DNA from: a candidate division WWE3 bacterium RIFOXYC1_FULL_40_10
GTDB lineage: Bacteria; Patescibacteriota; WWE3; UBA101185; UBA10185
DNA: 64,000 nt
Assembly: GCA_001773215.1 (NCBI GenBank)
Contig: MEWB01000001.1
Location: 806,099 to 870,098 of the forward strand
Reading direction: 5' to 3'
The position numbers and the translations under genes are program-made. This document shows positions 47,360 through 56,466 of this stretch, piece after piece. The notes under the pieces were generated by a model. The model was not told the origin of the DNA. It searched no databases and worked only from the letters and a program-made list of their open reading frames with translations. Position 1 is the stretch's first letter, and every line of letters begins with the position of its first letter.

Positions 47360-47469
47360 GCTTTCTCTCCTTTAGTTCCATGATTGGCTTTCTTATCTCA
47401 TATTCACATTAATATATCAAACCTGTCTAAGTATAGATTATATTGTATAATTCAGCCGAAAAGGTTTTT

Positions 47470-47545
47470 GGGCCGTTAGCTCAGTTGGTAGAGCGCTGCA
47501 TTCGCATTGCAGAGATCGCCGGTTCGATTCCGGCACGGTCCACCA
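47470..47545 (+). tRNA. tRNA-Ala(CGC)
   Basis: G3-U70 pair, CTGCA-TTCGCAT-TGCAG, CCA. Confidence 0.95.
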
Positions 47546-47629
47546 GGGGTCTAATAAAATTAGACTTCAATTGCTTTTTACCTATTAACGCTATAAGATC
47601 AATACAATTCCAACGAAAGGATGGTAATA

Positions 47630-47944
47630 ATGGCTCAAACTTGGGAACCTATTCTTGTGTATACAGCAGAAGTTAAGTGCAGAATCACACTTGTACGAGC
47701 ATGGAAGCCTGACAATATGCAAAACGGATTACATCTAACTTTTGAGGTTTTTCCTAACCTGGGTTTCACGGAAACTGGTGTGGACCAATCTGTGTGGAAA
47801 CGCAAAGTACAGGAATACGTCTTTTCACTTGGGGCCCAATTAACCGGCCTAAGTGCAAAAGATTTCTGTGAAATTGGATGGAGTGTAGGTCCTTGTATTA
47901 CGATTTGCACAAGCAAGGCTCCGAAAAAACAAGTAGTGTTGTAA
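47630..47944 (+). CDS. Orphan hypothetical protein
   Basis: TTGCTT-17-TAAGAT promoter, AAGGA SD, terminator at 47955-47994. Confidence 0.6.
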   Translation: MAQTWEPILVYTAEVKCRITLVRAWKPDNMQNGLHLTFEVFPNLGFTETGVDQSVWKRKVQEYVFSLGAQLTGLSAKDFCEIGWSVGPCITICTSKAPKKQVVL

Positions 47945-48131
47945 CAGTCGCGCAAACAGGCTCTAGGACTTATATTTCCCAGGCCTGTTTTTTTATATAA
48001 AGGTGCTGGAGCTGCTCCGGAGGGTTATCGCTATTCGAGTTGTGGTTGTTATCACAGGGAAATTCCTTGGGGTTTTGTTGTGTAAGAGCTGCTCTAGCGT
48101 TAGAGCTGCTCTCCGGTGATACACTTATCAT

Positions 48132-48848
48132 ATGGCTAAAAGTGAACTACCCACCGACATAAATACCCTTGCGGAAAAAGTTATTAATTACAACGAGAAT
48201 ATACTGGGGGCACCTTGGAAAGCTTCCCCTGAGGAGCCTTACGCTCTTAGGAATTTAAACCCCGACAGGTCACAAGATACTCAAAAAATTAGGGATATGG
48301 ATCGACACCCGGAAACACTTAAGTGGATGGATCCGGGAAAGCCGGCTTCTGTGGAGGAATTGAGGTATTTTATGGAATTAAACCCGAGCGCAGAAGTGGA
48401 TCCAAGAATAATGTGGGCAGTAGTAAATAAGAAAAACGAAATTCTGGGTTGGGTCCAGTTCTACCCCGACGAACACGTGGAGCGATTTAAGGGAATATAT
48501 GACTTGCCCGAAAACGCTTTGGTGTTAGAAGTTAGTTATTGCAAAAACCTAGTCACATGGCCGAAATACAAACACTTCATAAGGGAGAGGGACAACCTTA
48601 ACGGGGAAGCCTATCAGGGAGTGGCTGTCAACGGTCTCAAACAATCAATTATCCGAATAAGTCAAATTGAGAAGGGGATGACCGCTGATGGAAAACCTGC
48701 AAGGCCAATATTTTTGACGGCTTATATGGATCCTACTAACATGCCTTCGGAAAAGGTTGTCGAAAAAAATGGGTTTGAGAACTTGGGAGAAATGCCCTAC
48801 GACGAAGATGGTTTTATGGTAAATGTCTGGATCAAGAAATTGGATTAG
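48132..48848 (+). CDS. GNAT (RimJ/RimL-like) acetyltransferase-fold protein
   Basis: WAVVN...ILGWVQF and TNMPSEKVVEKNGFENLG motifs. Confidence 0.65.
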   Translation: MAKSELPTDINTLAEKVINYNENILGAPWKASPEEPYALRNLNPDRSQDTQKIRDMDRHPETLKWMDPGKPASVEELRYFMELNPSAEVDPRIMWAVVNKKNEILGWVQFYPDEHVERFKGIYDLPENALVLEVSYCKNLVTWPKYKHFIRERDNLNGEAYQGVAVNGLKQSIIRISQIEKGMTADGKPARPIFLTAYMDPTNMPSEKVVEKNGFENLGEMPYDEDGFMVNVWIKKLD

Positions 48849-50277
48849 GTTTGACTTCCTGGCAACTGTAAACAAACACAACCGGAATACCTTTTGGTCC
48901 AAAGGTCTTTTCCAGCTTGTTGCAATAGGTCCCCACACTGATGGGTCTATCAAAATCCACGCTTTCTACCACATAATTCACCTGGGGTGAAAATTCCCGC
49001 GTTCGCTTGCCTTTGTGAAAATAAGAAAACGCCTCGTAATTATTTGGAATAAACACTACCTCATCCCTTGGCTTAGTGTTTAAATACATCGCTGCTTGGG
49101 CAAAATACTCGCCACTGTTTTCATAAAACCCGGTTTTTAGGGCAATTTGTTCAGAACCTGATATTGGAGAGTAGAACGCTGAATACACCGGTGAGTATTT
49201 GTAAATCCCGAACACTAATATAAAAAAGTGTGTGACAAGCAGTAGCGCTATTAACTTAGTATTAAGCTGGTTTAGTGCGAATACAGCTAACAATACAATA
49301 GATGGAAACAAGATTATTGAGTATCTATCAATTTTCTTGTCGGCTAAAGTCAAAACCACGAGTAATAACGAAAAGAACACTTTAAGCCACAGTGGGCTCT
49401 TTTTATTCGTCAGGCTCATGATGGCTAAAAATAGTGTGACGGCGCTCAGCTTAAAAAATAATATTATTGGGTAGTAGAATAACGATTTGAAACCTGTGAA
49501 ATACTGTCCCCGAATATCTTCTCCGACCGCTTTTGTAACAGCGATAAGCAAATTGGTTCCAACTTCCAAAGGTGCCGCTCCAAAAGCAGGGAAAAGTAAA
49601 ACGAAAACGAGTATAAAAGTTGTAAAAATGGTGAGTAGTGGTTTTATTGCACGTTTCCTTAAGATAACAACACAGGTAATGATAATAAACACCGCGAAAA
49701 TTAACGAAGTTAGCTTTGATAACACAGCTAGTGCTAATAGCCCTCCCGATAGGATAGCTAGGAGTGGATTCTTTTTGTTTATATATACAAAAAAAGCTAA
49801 CATAGCTGTAAATCCAAAGTAGGTCTCTAGCGAAGTGAGATGCACCCAACGATCGATTCCTAAAAGATAGGGTTCAGTTGCAATAAAAAATGAGTACAAC
49901 AGTGATATGCGCTTTCCGTACATAATCCTCAGTAATTGCGTTTGGAGCAAGAGTAGTGCAAAAAGTGTAAAAGTGATTAATTGCTGGGTCTGCCGGTTAA
50001 TTTTTACATACTCATCTGAATTTTCCAGGTATGGCCAGCTTTTATTCAGTTGGAAATTTATCGCATCCAGCCACATCAGGGTTACTCCAGGTTGGTAGTG
50101 TTGATAGGTTTCTTTGTAATTTGCAGTCTTAATTGCCTCCAAAAACTTGATGGATCTTCGATGCCATCTAGCTGCGTCGGAGTTGGAAATATCATTTCCC
50201 AAGCTATGAAGCCGTAGTCCTAAAAAAAGTGCAAATGTGAAGGCTAATAATAGCCAATATTTGTTGGAGATAGTCAT
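48832..50277 (-). CDS. GT-C / ArnT-like (GT39) glycosyltransferase
   Basis: SDAARW, QPG, LAVLSK, RY motifs; many TM helices. Confidence 0.8.
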   Translation of the reverse strand: MTISNKYWLLLAFTFALFLGLRLHSLGNDISNSDAARWHRRSIKFLEAIKTANYKETYQHYQPGVTLMWLDAINFQLNKSWPYLENSDEYVKINRQTQQLITFTLFALLLLQTQLLRIMYGKRISLLYSFFIATEPYLLGIDRWVHLTSLETYFGFTAMLAFFVYINKKNPLLAILSGGLLALAVLSKLTSLIFAVFIIITCVVILRKRAIKPLLTIFTTFILVFVLLFPAFGAAPLEVGTNLLIAVTKAVGEDIRGQYFTGFKSLFYYPIILFFKLSAVTLFLAIMSLTNKKSPLWLKVFFSLLLVVLTLADKKIDRYSIILFPSIVLLAVFALNQLNTKLIALLLVTHFFILVFGIYKYSPVYSAFYSPISGSEQIALKTGFYENSGEYFAQAAMYLNTKPRDEVVFIPNNYEAFSYFHKGKRTREFSPQVNYVVESVDFDRPISVGTYCNKLEKTFGPKGIPVVFVYSCQEVKPNPIS

Positions 50278-50328
50278 CTAGCAAATTATACTTGATGTTG
50301 TCACGTACATGGTAAAATTGCCGTGCGC

Positions 50329-50419
50329 GGAGGGATACCGAAGTGGCCATACCGGGCTGGTCTCGAAAACCAAGCGTGGGGCAACCCACACGAGAGTTCG
50401 AATCTCTCTCCCTCCGCCA
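50329..50419 (+). tRNA. tRNA-Ser(CGA)
   Basis: GGAGGGA acceptor stem, CTCGAAA loop, long variable arm, CCA. Confidence 0.93.
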
Positions 50420-50429
50420 GCAAAAGTGC

Positions 50430-50807
50430 TTATTTTTCCAGAATTTTACTTACGTATTCGTCATCTAGTCCCAGCTTTTTTAGTGCTTTGATGCTGGGTT
50501 TGTAACGATAGTGCTCGATGTCTATATTCAGATTAGGTTTAACAGCCACGCCTTCTTTTTCAAGTAAACTCTTTTGTAATAGTGGGGCATCCGGACTTAA
50601 GCCCTTGATACTTATCCTTCCCGCGTTGTTGATTACTCTCCACCAGGGTACGTTTACCTCACTTTCGCCCAGGCTGTGCAATATCCACCCGATTTGCCGA
50701 GCAGCTTGGGGAACGCCGACCATTAGCGCGATTTGCCCATAACTGGCAACCGTGCCCTTTGGGATTAATTTTATGGCCGCCAAAACATTGCTTTTAAACG
50801 GGGACAT
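50430..50807 (-). CDS. Alkyltransferase-like protein (ATL, MGMT family)
   Basis: IPKGTVASYGQIA, ARQIG, PWWRVIN (Trp in place of the catalytic Cys). Confidence 0.9.
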   Translation of the reverse strand: MSPFKSNVLAAIKLIPKGTVASYGQIALMVGVPQAARQIGWILHSLGESEVNVPWWRVINNAGRISIKGLSPDAPLLQKSLLEKEGVAVKPNLNIDIEHYRYKPSIKALKKLGLDDEYVSKILEK

Positions 50808-50854
50808 AGTATTATTCTACACACCAAATCCGAAACAGCGATAGGAGTGAAAAC

Positions 50855-51106
50855 ATGTCGGACACTTTAGATAAGTTTAAAAAATCTGTGCAAACGTTGG
50901 TATCTGAGTTGGAAGTTAAATCCCCTCAGGCGGCAAAAGTGATTAAGGAATGGATTGAACTGCTTGCCGACGAAACCAAGTCTGATCAAGCCGAGGCAAA
51001 AATTAAGGAGCTTCCTAAAATGAGTGAGTTGTCATATGAGGCCATGGATATTCTTGCCGAGATTATTTCCCAAGCAAGTATGTATCAAATGAGTTTGTCC
51101 CGGTAA
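50855..51106 (+). CDS. Small helical hypothetical protein
   Basis: AGGAG SD; terminator at 51105-51153. Confidence 0.7.
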   Translation: MSDTLDKFKKSVQTLVSELEVKSPQAAKVIKEWIELLADETKSDQAEAKIKELPKMSELSYEAMDILAEIISQASMYQMSLSR

Positions 51107-51155
51107 AAAGAAAAGCCCCCGAAAATCTTTACAGAAATTCGAGGGCGATTTTTGT

Positions 51156-52019
51156 CTAGAAGAGCAGGAATGAAGCGATCGAAATTACCAGGACAGATAA
51201 AAGGGTGATCACAACCTTCCCCTTCACCGTTATAATTCCATCGGGCCAGCTGATTTCGATTGGGCCATTGTGATCAACCACCAGGCTTGAGCGGTTATTT
51301 GTATGAGTGGTTTCCTGCTTTGGGCTCACAACAGGTACCTTTGGCGCTGTAGGCTTTTTAACAGCCGCTTTTCCTCTGGGCTTGCGCTCAGGTCCGTGTC
51401 CAAAACCTTCCAGCCAGTAGTAGGTCGCTCGGTTATACTGCTGCTTCCGAATCCCTTTCGCGGTGCTTTCCTTAAGTGCCCTGCTTACAATTACCATCCG
51501 CTGCGACTTTGTTAACTCGGTGCCTAGTGCCTTGCCAATTTCTTCAAAAATCTGTGAACCGGTGATGTTGGGAGAGACGTTGCTTACTCTTTTGATAAAA
51601 TACTCAACAGAGTCGAACTTTTCTTCGGGATTTGGTTGATTTTCCATCGATTTCTCCTTGTCTTGATCTGCACACCCTTTACAGGTGTACGTAGAGTGTC
51701 CGTTGACTATTCCCGCCCGTGCAATAACAAAATTGCCCCCCGTTGTCGTTAGCTCGTAACCGTTAAGGCTCTCCCACAGAGCTTTCCAGATATCCCTAGG
51801 GACATTCTCGTCGATGCCAAGACGCAAAGATTTGACCTTAACCCTACTGGAATAATCTGAGTAAAAGGTGTTGTAGGAAAGAGTTTTTTCTCTTCCGCCT
51901 CTTTGGGTTCGGGGTCTGACCATGTTGCAGTGATCCACAATGATCACTGCTATCTGCTTTTGTGCATCCTCCAGAAACGATTCCTGGATGCTGCTTCCTG
52001 GCGCTTGTGTAGGTGCCAT
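51156..52019 (-). CDS. Orphan protein with C-terminal TM anchor
   Basis: AGGAGG SD; TTTACA-18-TATAAT promoter; possible winged-helix-like middle; hydrophobic C-terminus. Confidence 0.65.
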   Translation of the reverse strand: MAPTQAPGSSIQESFLEDAQKQIAVIIVDHCNMVRPRTQRGGREKTLSYNTFYSDYSSRVKVKSLRLGIDENVPRDIWKALWESLNGYELTTTGGNFVIARAGIVNGHSTYTCKGCADQDKEKSMENQPNPEEKFDSVEYFIKRVSNVSPNITGSQIFEEIGKALGTELTKSQRMVIVSRALKESTAKGIRKQQYNRATYYWLEGFGHGPERKPRGKAAVKKPTAPKVPVVSPKQETTHTNNRSSLVVDHNGPIEISWPDGIITVKGKVVITLLSVLVISIASFLLF

Positions 52020-52095
52020 CTTCTCCTCCTATCTTAGAATGACTTTATTGTTTTTGGATTATAACTGGAAGTGGTGTACTTTGTAAAGCTCTAGG

Positions 52096-53586
52096 TTATT
52101 GTGCGTTGCAGTTATCGAATACTAAAATAAACCTATCTTTGAAGTATTGTAAGTTTTTCTTTTCGCAAACGGATTCTAAACCCTGGAGTGTGAGTAGATT
52201 TGTATCGTAAAGACCGTCACCGGAACCCCACTGGATTGTGTCCACTGCCAGATAGACAAATTTTTTCAATCCTGTGTTTCTTAGACTTGTCACAACATCA
52301 GTTAGTGTAGCCTTCAGATAATCGGTATTACCTTCAATAGCCAGGATAGTAGAAGTGATCGTTTTATCGGTATTTTGAGTTTTGATAAATGGGTTAATTG
52401 GGATTGCGTTAGTGTTGTTAGGATAAAACCCTATTTTCCTAACATAACCTGATACTGAACTTCTATACAACACACCGGTAGGTTCAGGGCCCGCTAATTG
52501 GCTGACGAACTGGCTCTCCTTTGCGTAGTTGAGATGTGCCTTGTTACTAGTTATATGAGCCAAAATTCCATTTAATGATGCTACAACCAATATTATAGGT
52601 ATCAGGTATTTGGATTTAATATTAAAGTGGTGTATTAAGGATTCCATACCTTGTCCACACAACAAAATAAACATGAATGAAAAAGGAGCGAAATATCTGT
52701 TTCTCACAATCACATTGTCTATAATACCTGCTAGAAAACCGAATAATAGAAAGAGTAGCATTGTCTTTTGGTATACGGTCTTTTTTTCCAATAGTAATAG
52801 TGCCGAGAAAGCAAATCCCATGAGTATAAAACAGATATCAGAAAAGTGATCAGTTCCTATGGTCGTCCAACTAACGGCTGAATACACAAGCGAGACAATA
52901 GTGGGTTCTCTATAATTTTGCCAGTCTAACCTATGGTTGTTATTGATGTACTGTCTTGCTCCAAATAAAAGTACGTAAGCCATGAAAATAATGCCTGCAA
53001 AAAAGAGAGGCAAGAATCTTTTGAAGGTAATTTTTTGTATAGTAGCTATACAAAGCAGAATTGCAATATATACGAAATTAAGATAGCCAAAAAACAGTGC
53101 AATAATCGCGAATAAAGTTAATGCAATTAAGTACTTGTATTCGAGATTTTCTTGAAATTTAAGCAAAACAAAAAAGGCTATTATAAACAAAGGTAACGTG
53201 ACAGCATCCTGTTTTACATTTGGGGCAATGCTCGTCCACAGAGGGCTTACAGCGAACAATGCTAATCCAAAATACAGGTTGTACTTTTCCAGTACTTTAT
53301 TTTTGTCTGCCCAGGCAATTGCCAGGGCGAGGGCTATTGTACTCATAGAAATAAACAATATCCTTGTAAGAAGTGGGTATTCGACAGGGAAGAGTTTTAG
53401 AAACAGATAAATGCCTGGAGGGTGCGGTTCTGTAGAAATTGTATCCATCAATTGGGTAATTGGCTGTTTGCTTATGTCGGTGAGAATAATTTCGTCATGC
53501 CAATAACTAGTTCCCATGATCAATGTAGTCAGTAGTACCCCAACCAAACCCACTATTATCATAATTTGGAGCGTTTTCTTGGTCAC
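52096..53586 (-). CDS. GT-C (GT39/PMT-like) membrane glycosyltransferase
   Basis: SYWHDE and HPPGIY motifs; many TM helices. Confidence 0.8.
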   Translation of the reverse strand: MTKKTLQIMIIVGLVGVLLTTLIMGTSYWHDEIILTDISKQPITQLMDTISTEPHPPGIYLFLKLFPVEYPLLTRILFISMSTIALALAIAWADKNKVLEKYNLYFGLALFAVSPLWTSIAPNVKQDAVTLPLFIIAFFVLLKFQENLEYKYLIALTLFAIIALFFGYLNFVYIAILLCIATIQKITFKRFLPLFFAGIIFMAYVLLFGARQYINNNHRLDWQNYREPTIVSLVYSAVSWTTIGTDHFSDICFILMGFAFSALLLLEKKTVYQKTMLLFLLFGFLAGIIDNVIVRNRYFAPFSFMFILLCGQGMESLIHHFNIKSKYLIPIILVVASLNGILAHITSNKAHLNYAKESQFVSQLAGPEPTGVLYRSSVSGYVRKIGFYPNNTNAIPINPFIKTQNTDKTITSTILAIEGNTDYLKATLTDVVTSLRNTGLKKFVYLAVDTIQWGSGDGLYDTNLLTLQGLESVCEKKNLQYFKDRFILVFDNCNAQ

Positions 53587-53640
53587 AGCTTAATATTATA
53601 CATAAATACACTCCAACTATGTTAAAATTCACTGGATCGT

Positions 53641-53730
53641 GGAGGGATCGCATAGTGGCCTAGTGCGCAGTCCTGGAAAGACTGTATGGGGGTGACCTCA
53701 TCGCGGGTTCAAATCCCGCTCCCTCCGCCA
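53641..53730 (+). tRNA. tRNA-Ser(GGA)
   Basis: CAGTC-CTGGAAA-GACTG, long variable arm, CCA. Confidence 0.95.
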
Positions 53731-53760
53731 GACTACGCTTCGCTTCGTCTGGCAGGCAAG

Positions 53761-55440
53761 CTATTTGGGACACCATCCGACGACTTTGATTTCGGTTCCA
53801 TCCAAGGAATATAGGGGCGAGGAAACGGTATATTCAGCTACTACATTCCTGTTTTCACTAGCTACTACCGGGATTGATAATTTCTTTCTTTGTTCCTGTA
53901 TCTTTGGTGGAAGTCCAAAACTTTTAAGTAAAAATAAGTCGGTATTTTCCAGTAGTTTGGAGAGTGCGGTAGGGTTTTTTTCTGTTGGTTCTATTTCTGT
54001 ATAGCAGAGAAAATTTGCAAGCGAATCAATATAAGTAAGCCCTGTGAAATCGCCGGTTTTCTTGGTCACAACATGTTTTGTAAAAGTTCCGTTAACGTAA
54101 ATTTTAGTTTTTACACCGGTTTTTGATGTAATATCGCTTGCGGTCTGCCACTTGGCTTTTATTGTGTTAAAGTAGTCGTAGTTTAATATTACCGATATCC
54201 CAGCTAACAAAAGTAAAAATCCCCCTGCTTTCCATGTATTTAGAGGGGTTTTACCTATGTTGTAGGCTAGATATAACAGAGTAGCAATGAACAATGGCAA
54301 AAAGTATCGGTCATATAAATCATTTGGAAAAAGCAAAATGCTCAATGAACCTAGAACTGTTAAGCCAAGGAAGAAATTAGTCGTGTCCGGTTTATATTTA
54401 AGCAAGAGAACAAGAAACTTAGCTGAAGCAACTCCAATAATTAACGACAACAATACTTTTGTGGTTTGGTGGCTCAAGATATTCAACACGAAAACCGGTT
54501 CGTGTTTAGCGTACAAACCTTCGGTGTATAAGATATTGCCTACAAAAAAAACATTTAATTTGTAAGTTAGGTATACCAAAGGTATTGCGAGTAACAAAGT
54601 GAGGAGTGAGTTTTTCTTGGATAGTGGTTTAACTGCGTATACCAAAGGGGATAAAAAGAAGCCAAAGTAAATTACAAAAGTTAACAATTCCATAATTCGC
54701 GAAGGAATATCCCGAATTCTGATCAAATCCGAGGTTAATTTTACAAGTATTCCGGTACTATCAGCCGAGTATCTCGGATAAAGCAAGGATAGTGAAAAGA
54801 ATAGCGCGAATACCACTACACCTGCCCAGAAGTTCATGTTCAGGCGTTCTTTTTCGGTAAAGTGCTTGTATGCTTTAACTGTCACATATGCAATAAAAGG
54901 AACTACCCCCGCCTGGCGAATTAATACAGAAAAAGAACTAAATATTATTCCAAAGAACTCGTCTCTTTTGTTTGAAGTGGCTATACCTCGTGAAAAAAAG
55001 AATAAAGACCAAGTAAACAGTGCCAAAAAAGGAATGTCAGTCATAAAAATTGCGCTCAAGTGAAAAATTAGTGGATTAAACGCTGTCATCAGCAGTACAA
55101 AATACATAAGCTTTTTGGGTAGTTCAAAGAACCGGATAATCATGTAGACCCCTGTTAATAGAAAAATCGCCGAGGCAACTGAGGTAAGTTTGAGAAGTGT
55201 GTGAGAAAAGCCGAATAGTAAAGATGCAAAGTAACCGATAAAGGCTTGTAGTATAAGAACAGCATCGGTGTTTGCCTGTATCCTCCAGACATGGTTAATA
55301 AAAGCTTCAACCTGCCTGCTGTGAGCCCATTCATCGTTTACGACAAATTCGCCGAAGGGATTGATGGCCAATAGAGTAATAATGTACAAGGAAATTACAT
55401 AAAAAAGTGGGTTTGAGAACAGAGTTGCTAGTTTTTTCAT
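53761..55440 (-). CDS. GT-C (GT39-like) membrane glycosyltransferase
   Basis: NDEW, FNP, FMTDIPF, LIRQ, DRY motifs. Confidence 0.8.
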   Translation of the reverse strand: MKKLATLFSNPLFYVISLYIITLLAINPFGEFVVNDEWAHSRQVEAFINHVWRIQANTDAVLILQAFIGYFASLLFGFSHTLLKLTSVASAIFLLTGVYMIIRFFELPKKLMYFVLLMTAFNPLIFHLSAIFMTDIPFLALFTWSLFFFSRGIATSNKRDEFFGIIFSSFSVLIRQAGVVPFIAYVTVKAYKHFTEKERLNMNFWAGVVVFALFFSLSLLYPRYSADSTGILVKLTSDLIRIRDIPSRIMELLTFVIYFGFFLSPLVYAVKPLSKKNSLLTLLLAIPLVYLTYKLNVFFVGNILYTEGLYAKHEPVFVLNILSHQTTKVLLSLIIGVASAKFLVLLLKYKPDTTNFFLGLTVLGSLSILLFPNDLYDRYFLPLFIATLLYLAYNIGKTPLNTWKAGGFLLLLAGISVILNYDYFNTIKAKWQTASDITSKTGVKTKIYVNGTFTKHVVTKKTGDFTGLTYIDSLANFLCYTEIEPTEKNPTALSKLLENTDLFLLKSFGLPPKIQEQRKKLSIPVVASENRNVVAEYTVSSPLYSLDGTEIKVVGWCPK

Positions 55441-55484
55441 TAACCCCAGAATACTACGCAGCGTATGTTTTGTATAATCACACT

Positions 55485-56039
55485 ATGCTGGTTTTTACTA
55501 ATGTCTTTTTTATACTACTGCTGCTAGGACTATGTGCTTGGATGCTGGATCAGTTCCAAACGTTGGTCACTATGGAGGCACCTTGGGTTAAAACTCCAAA
55601 TGAAGTTCTTGACCAAATTGCCGAGAAAATAACGATTAAGCCAGGTGATATCGTTTACGACTTGGGTTGTGGGGACGCCCAGGTTTTAATTCAACTGGCC
55701 AAAAAAAATCCTAACGCCACTTTTATTGGCGTAGAGAAGCTCAATTATGTTTGTGCCTTGGCATGGCTAAAAATAAAGAAAGCCGGGTTACACAACGTAA
55801 TTATCAAAAAAGGAGATCTATATAAGTTATCTATCAAAGATGCAACACACATCTATTTATGGATTTATCCCCAAATGGTGAATAAAATACTCCCCAAATT
55901 AGAGCGCGAACTTACCCAGGGAGTGACGGTCTATTCGATGGACTTTCCTTTTCATGGCAAGGATCCGGTAGCTGTATACGACTTGAGTGGAGTTAAGAAC
56001 AAAAGTTACGCCAGAAAGCTGTTTGAGTATCGATTTTAG
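55485..56039 (+). CDS. Class I SAM-dependent methyltransferase with N-terminal TM (FAM173-like)
   Basis: APWVKT, YDLGCGDA, GVE; TATAAT-N6-ATG. Confidence 0.85.
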   Translation: MLVFTNVFFILLLLGLCAWMLDQFQTLVTMEAPWVKTPNEVLDQIAEKITIKPGDIVYDLGCGDAQVLIQLAKKNPNATFIGVEKLNYVCALAWLKIKKAGLHNVIIKKGDLYKLSIKDATHIYLWIYPQMVNKILPKLERELTQGVTVYSMDFPFHGKDPVAVYDLSGVKNKSYARKLFEYRF

Positions 56040-56102
56040 TGGTGTTATCACATCATACTTTAGCACATTGACTATTACAATATACATTGGTATATATTAG
56101 TA

Positions 56103-56426
56103 ATGCTTTCCAAAATTGATTTAACAAAAATCGAGGAAATTTCAGCCAGAGTCTTTGATCAGAAGTTTGATCAGAAGTTTGATCAAAGATTTGACAAGAA
56201 GTTTGATGAAAAGTTTGGCCCTGCATTTTATAAGCATATGGACTTTTATGTTGAAACAAAGCTCAGAGGATTAATTTCCGACGAAATAAAAAAACAAGTT
56301 GGAAATTTGCCAACGAGAGACGAATTTTACGAACGAATGGACAAACTAATTTCTGAAGTGGCTTTTTTCAGGCAAGAGTATCCGCTTATTATGGCCAGAC
56401 TAGATCAAATCGCCCGAGTAGAGTAG
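56103..56426 (+). CDS. Small coiled-coil protein with FDQK tetrapeptide repeats
   Basis: ORF with a tandem repeat and the LPTRDEFYERMDKL motif seen in CPR small proteins. Confidence 0.7.
   Translation: MLSKIDLTKIEEISARVFDQKFDQKFDQRFDKKFDEKFGPAFYKHMDFYVETKLRGLISDEIKKQVGNLPTRDEFYERMDKLISEVAFFRQEYPLIMARLDQIARVE
56154..56216 (+). repeat. 12-bp tandem repeat (TTTGATCAGAAG), about 5 copies
   Basis: Read directly from the sequence; copies decay towards the 3' side. Confidence 0.9.
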
Positions 56427-56466
56427 CTCTGGTTCTTTTTTGCCCGATGTGGTATACCAAAACTCA

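Noticed and set aside
47443-47676. ORFs overlapping tRNAs (also 50204-50505)
   Set aside because: Shadow ORFs of tRNA-Ala and tRNA-Ser.
42171-48000. Prophage or classical genomic island
   Set aside because: No integrase, terminase, capsid or transposase motifs; only att-like repeats and small orphan genes.
50430-50807. Active O6-methylguanine methyltransferase (ogt)
   Set aside because: PWWRV replaces PCHRV, so it is a non-catalytic ATL protein.
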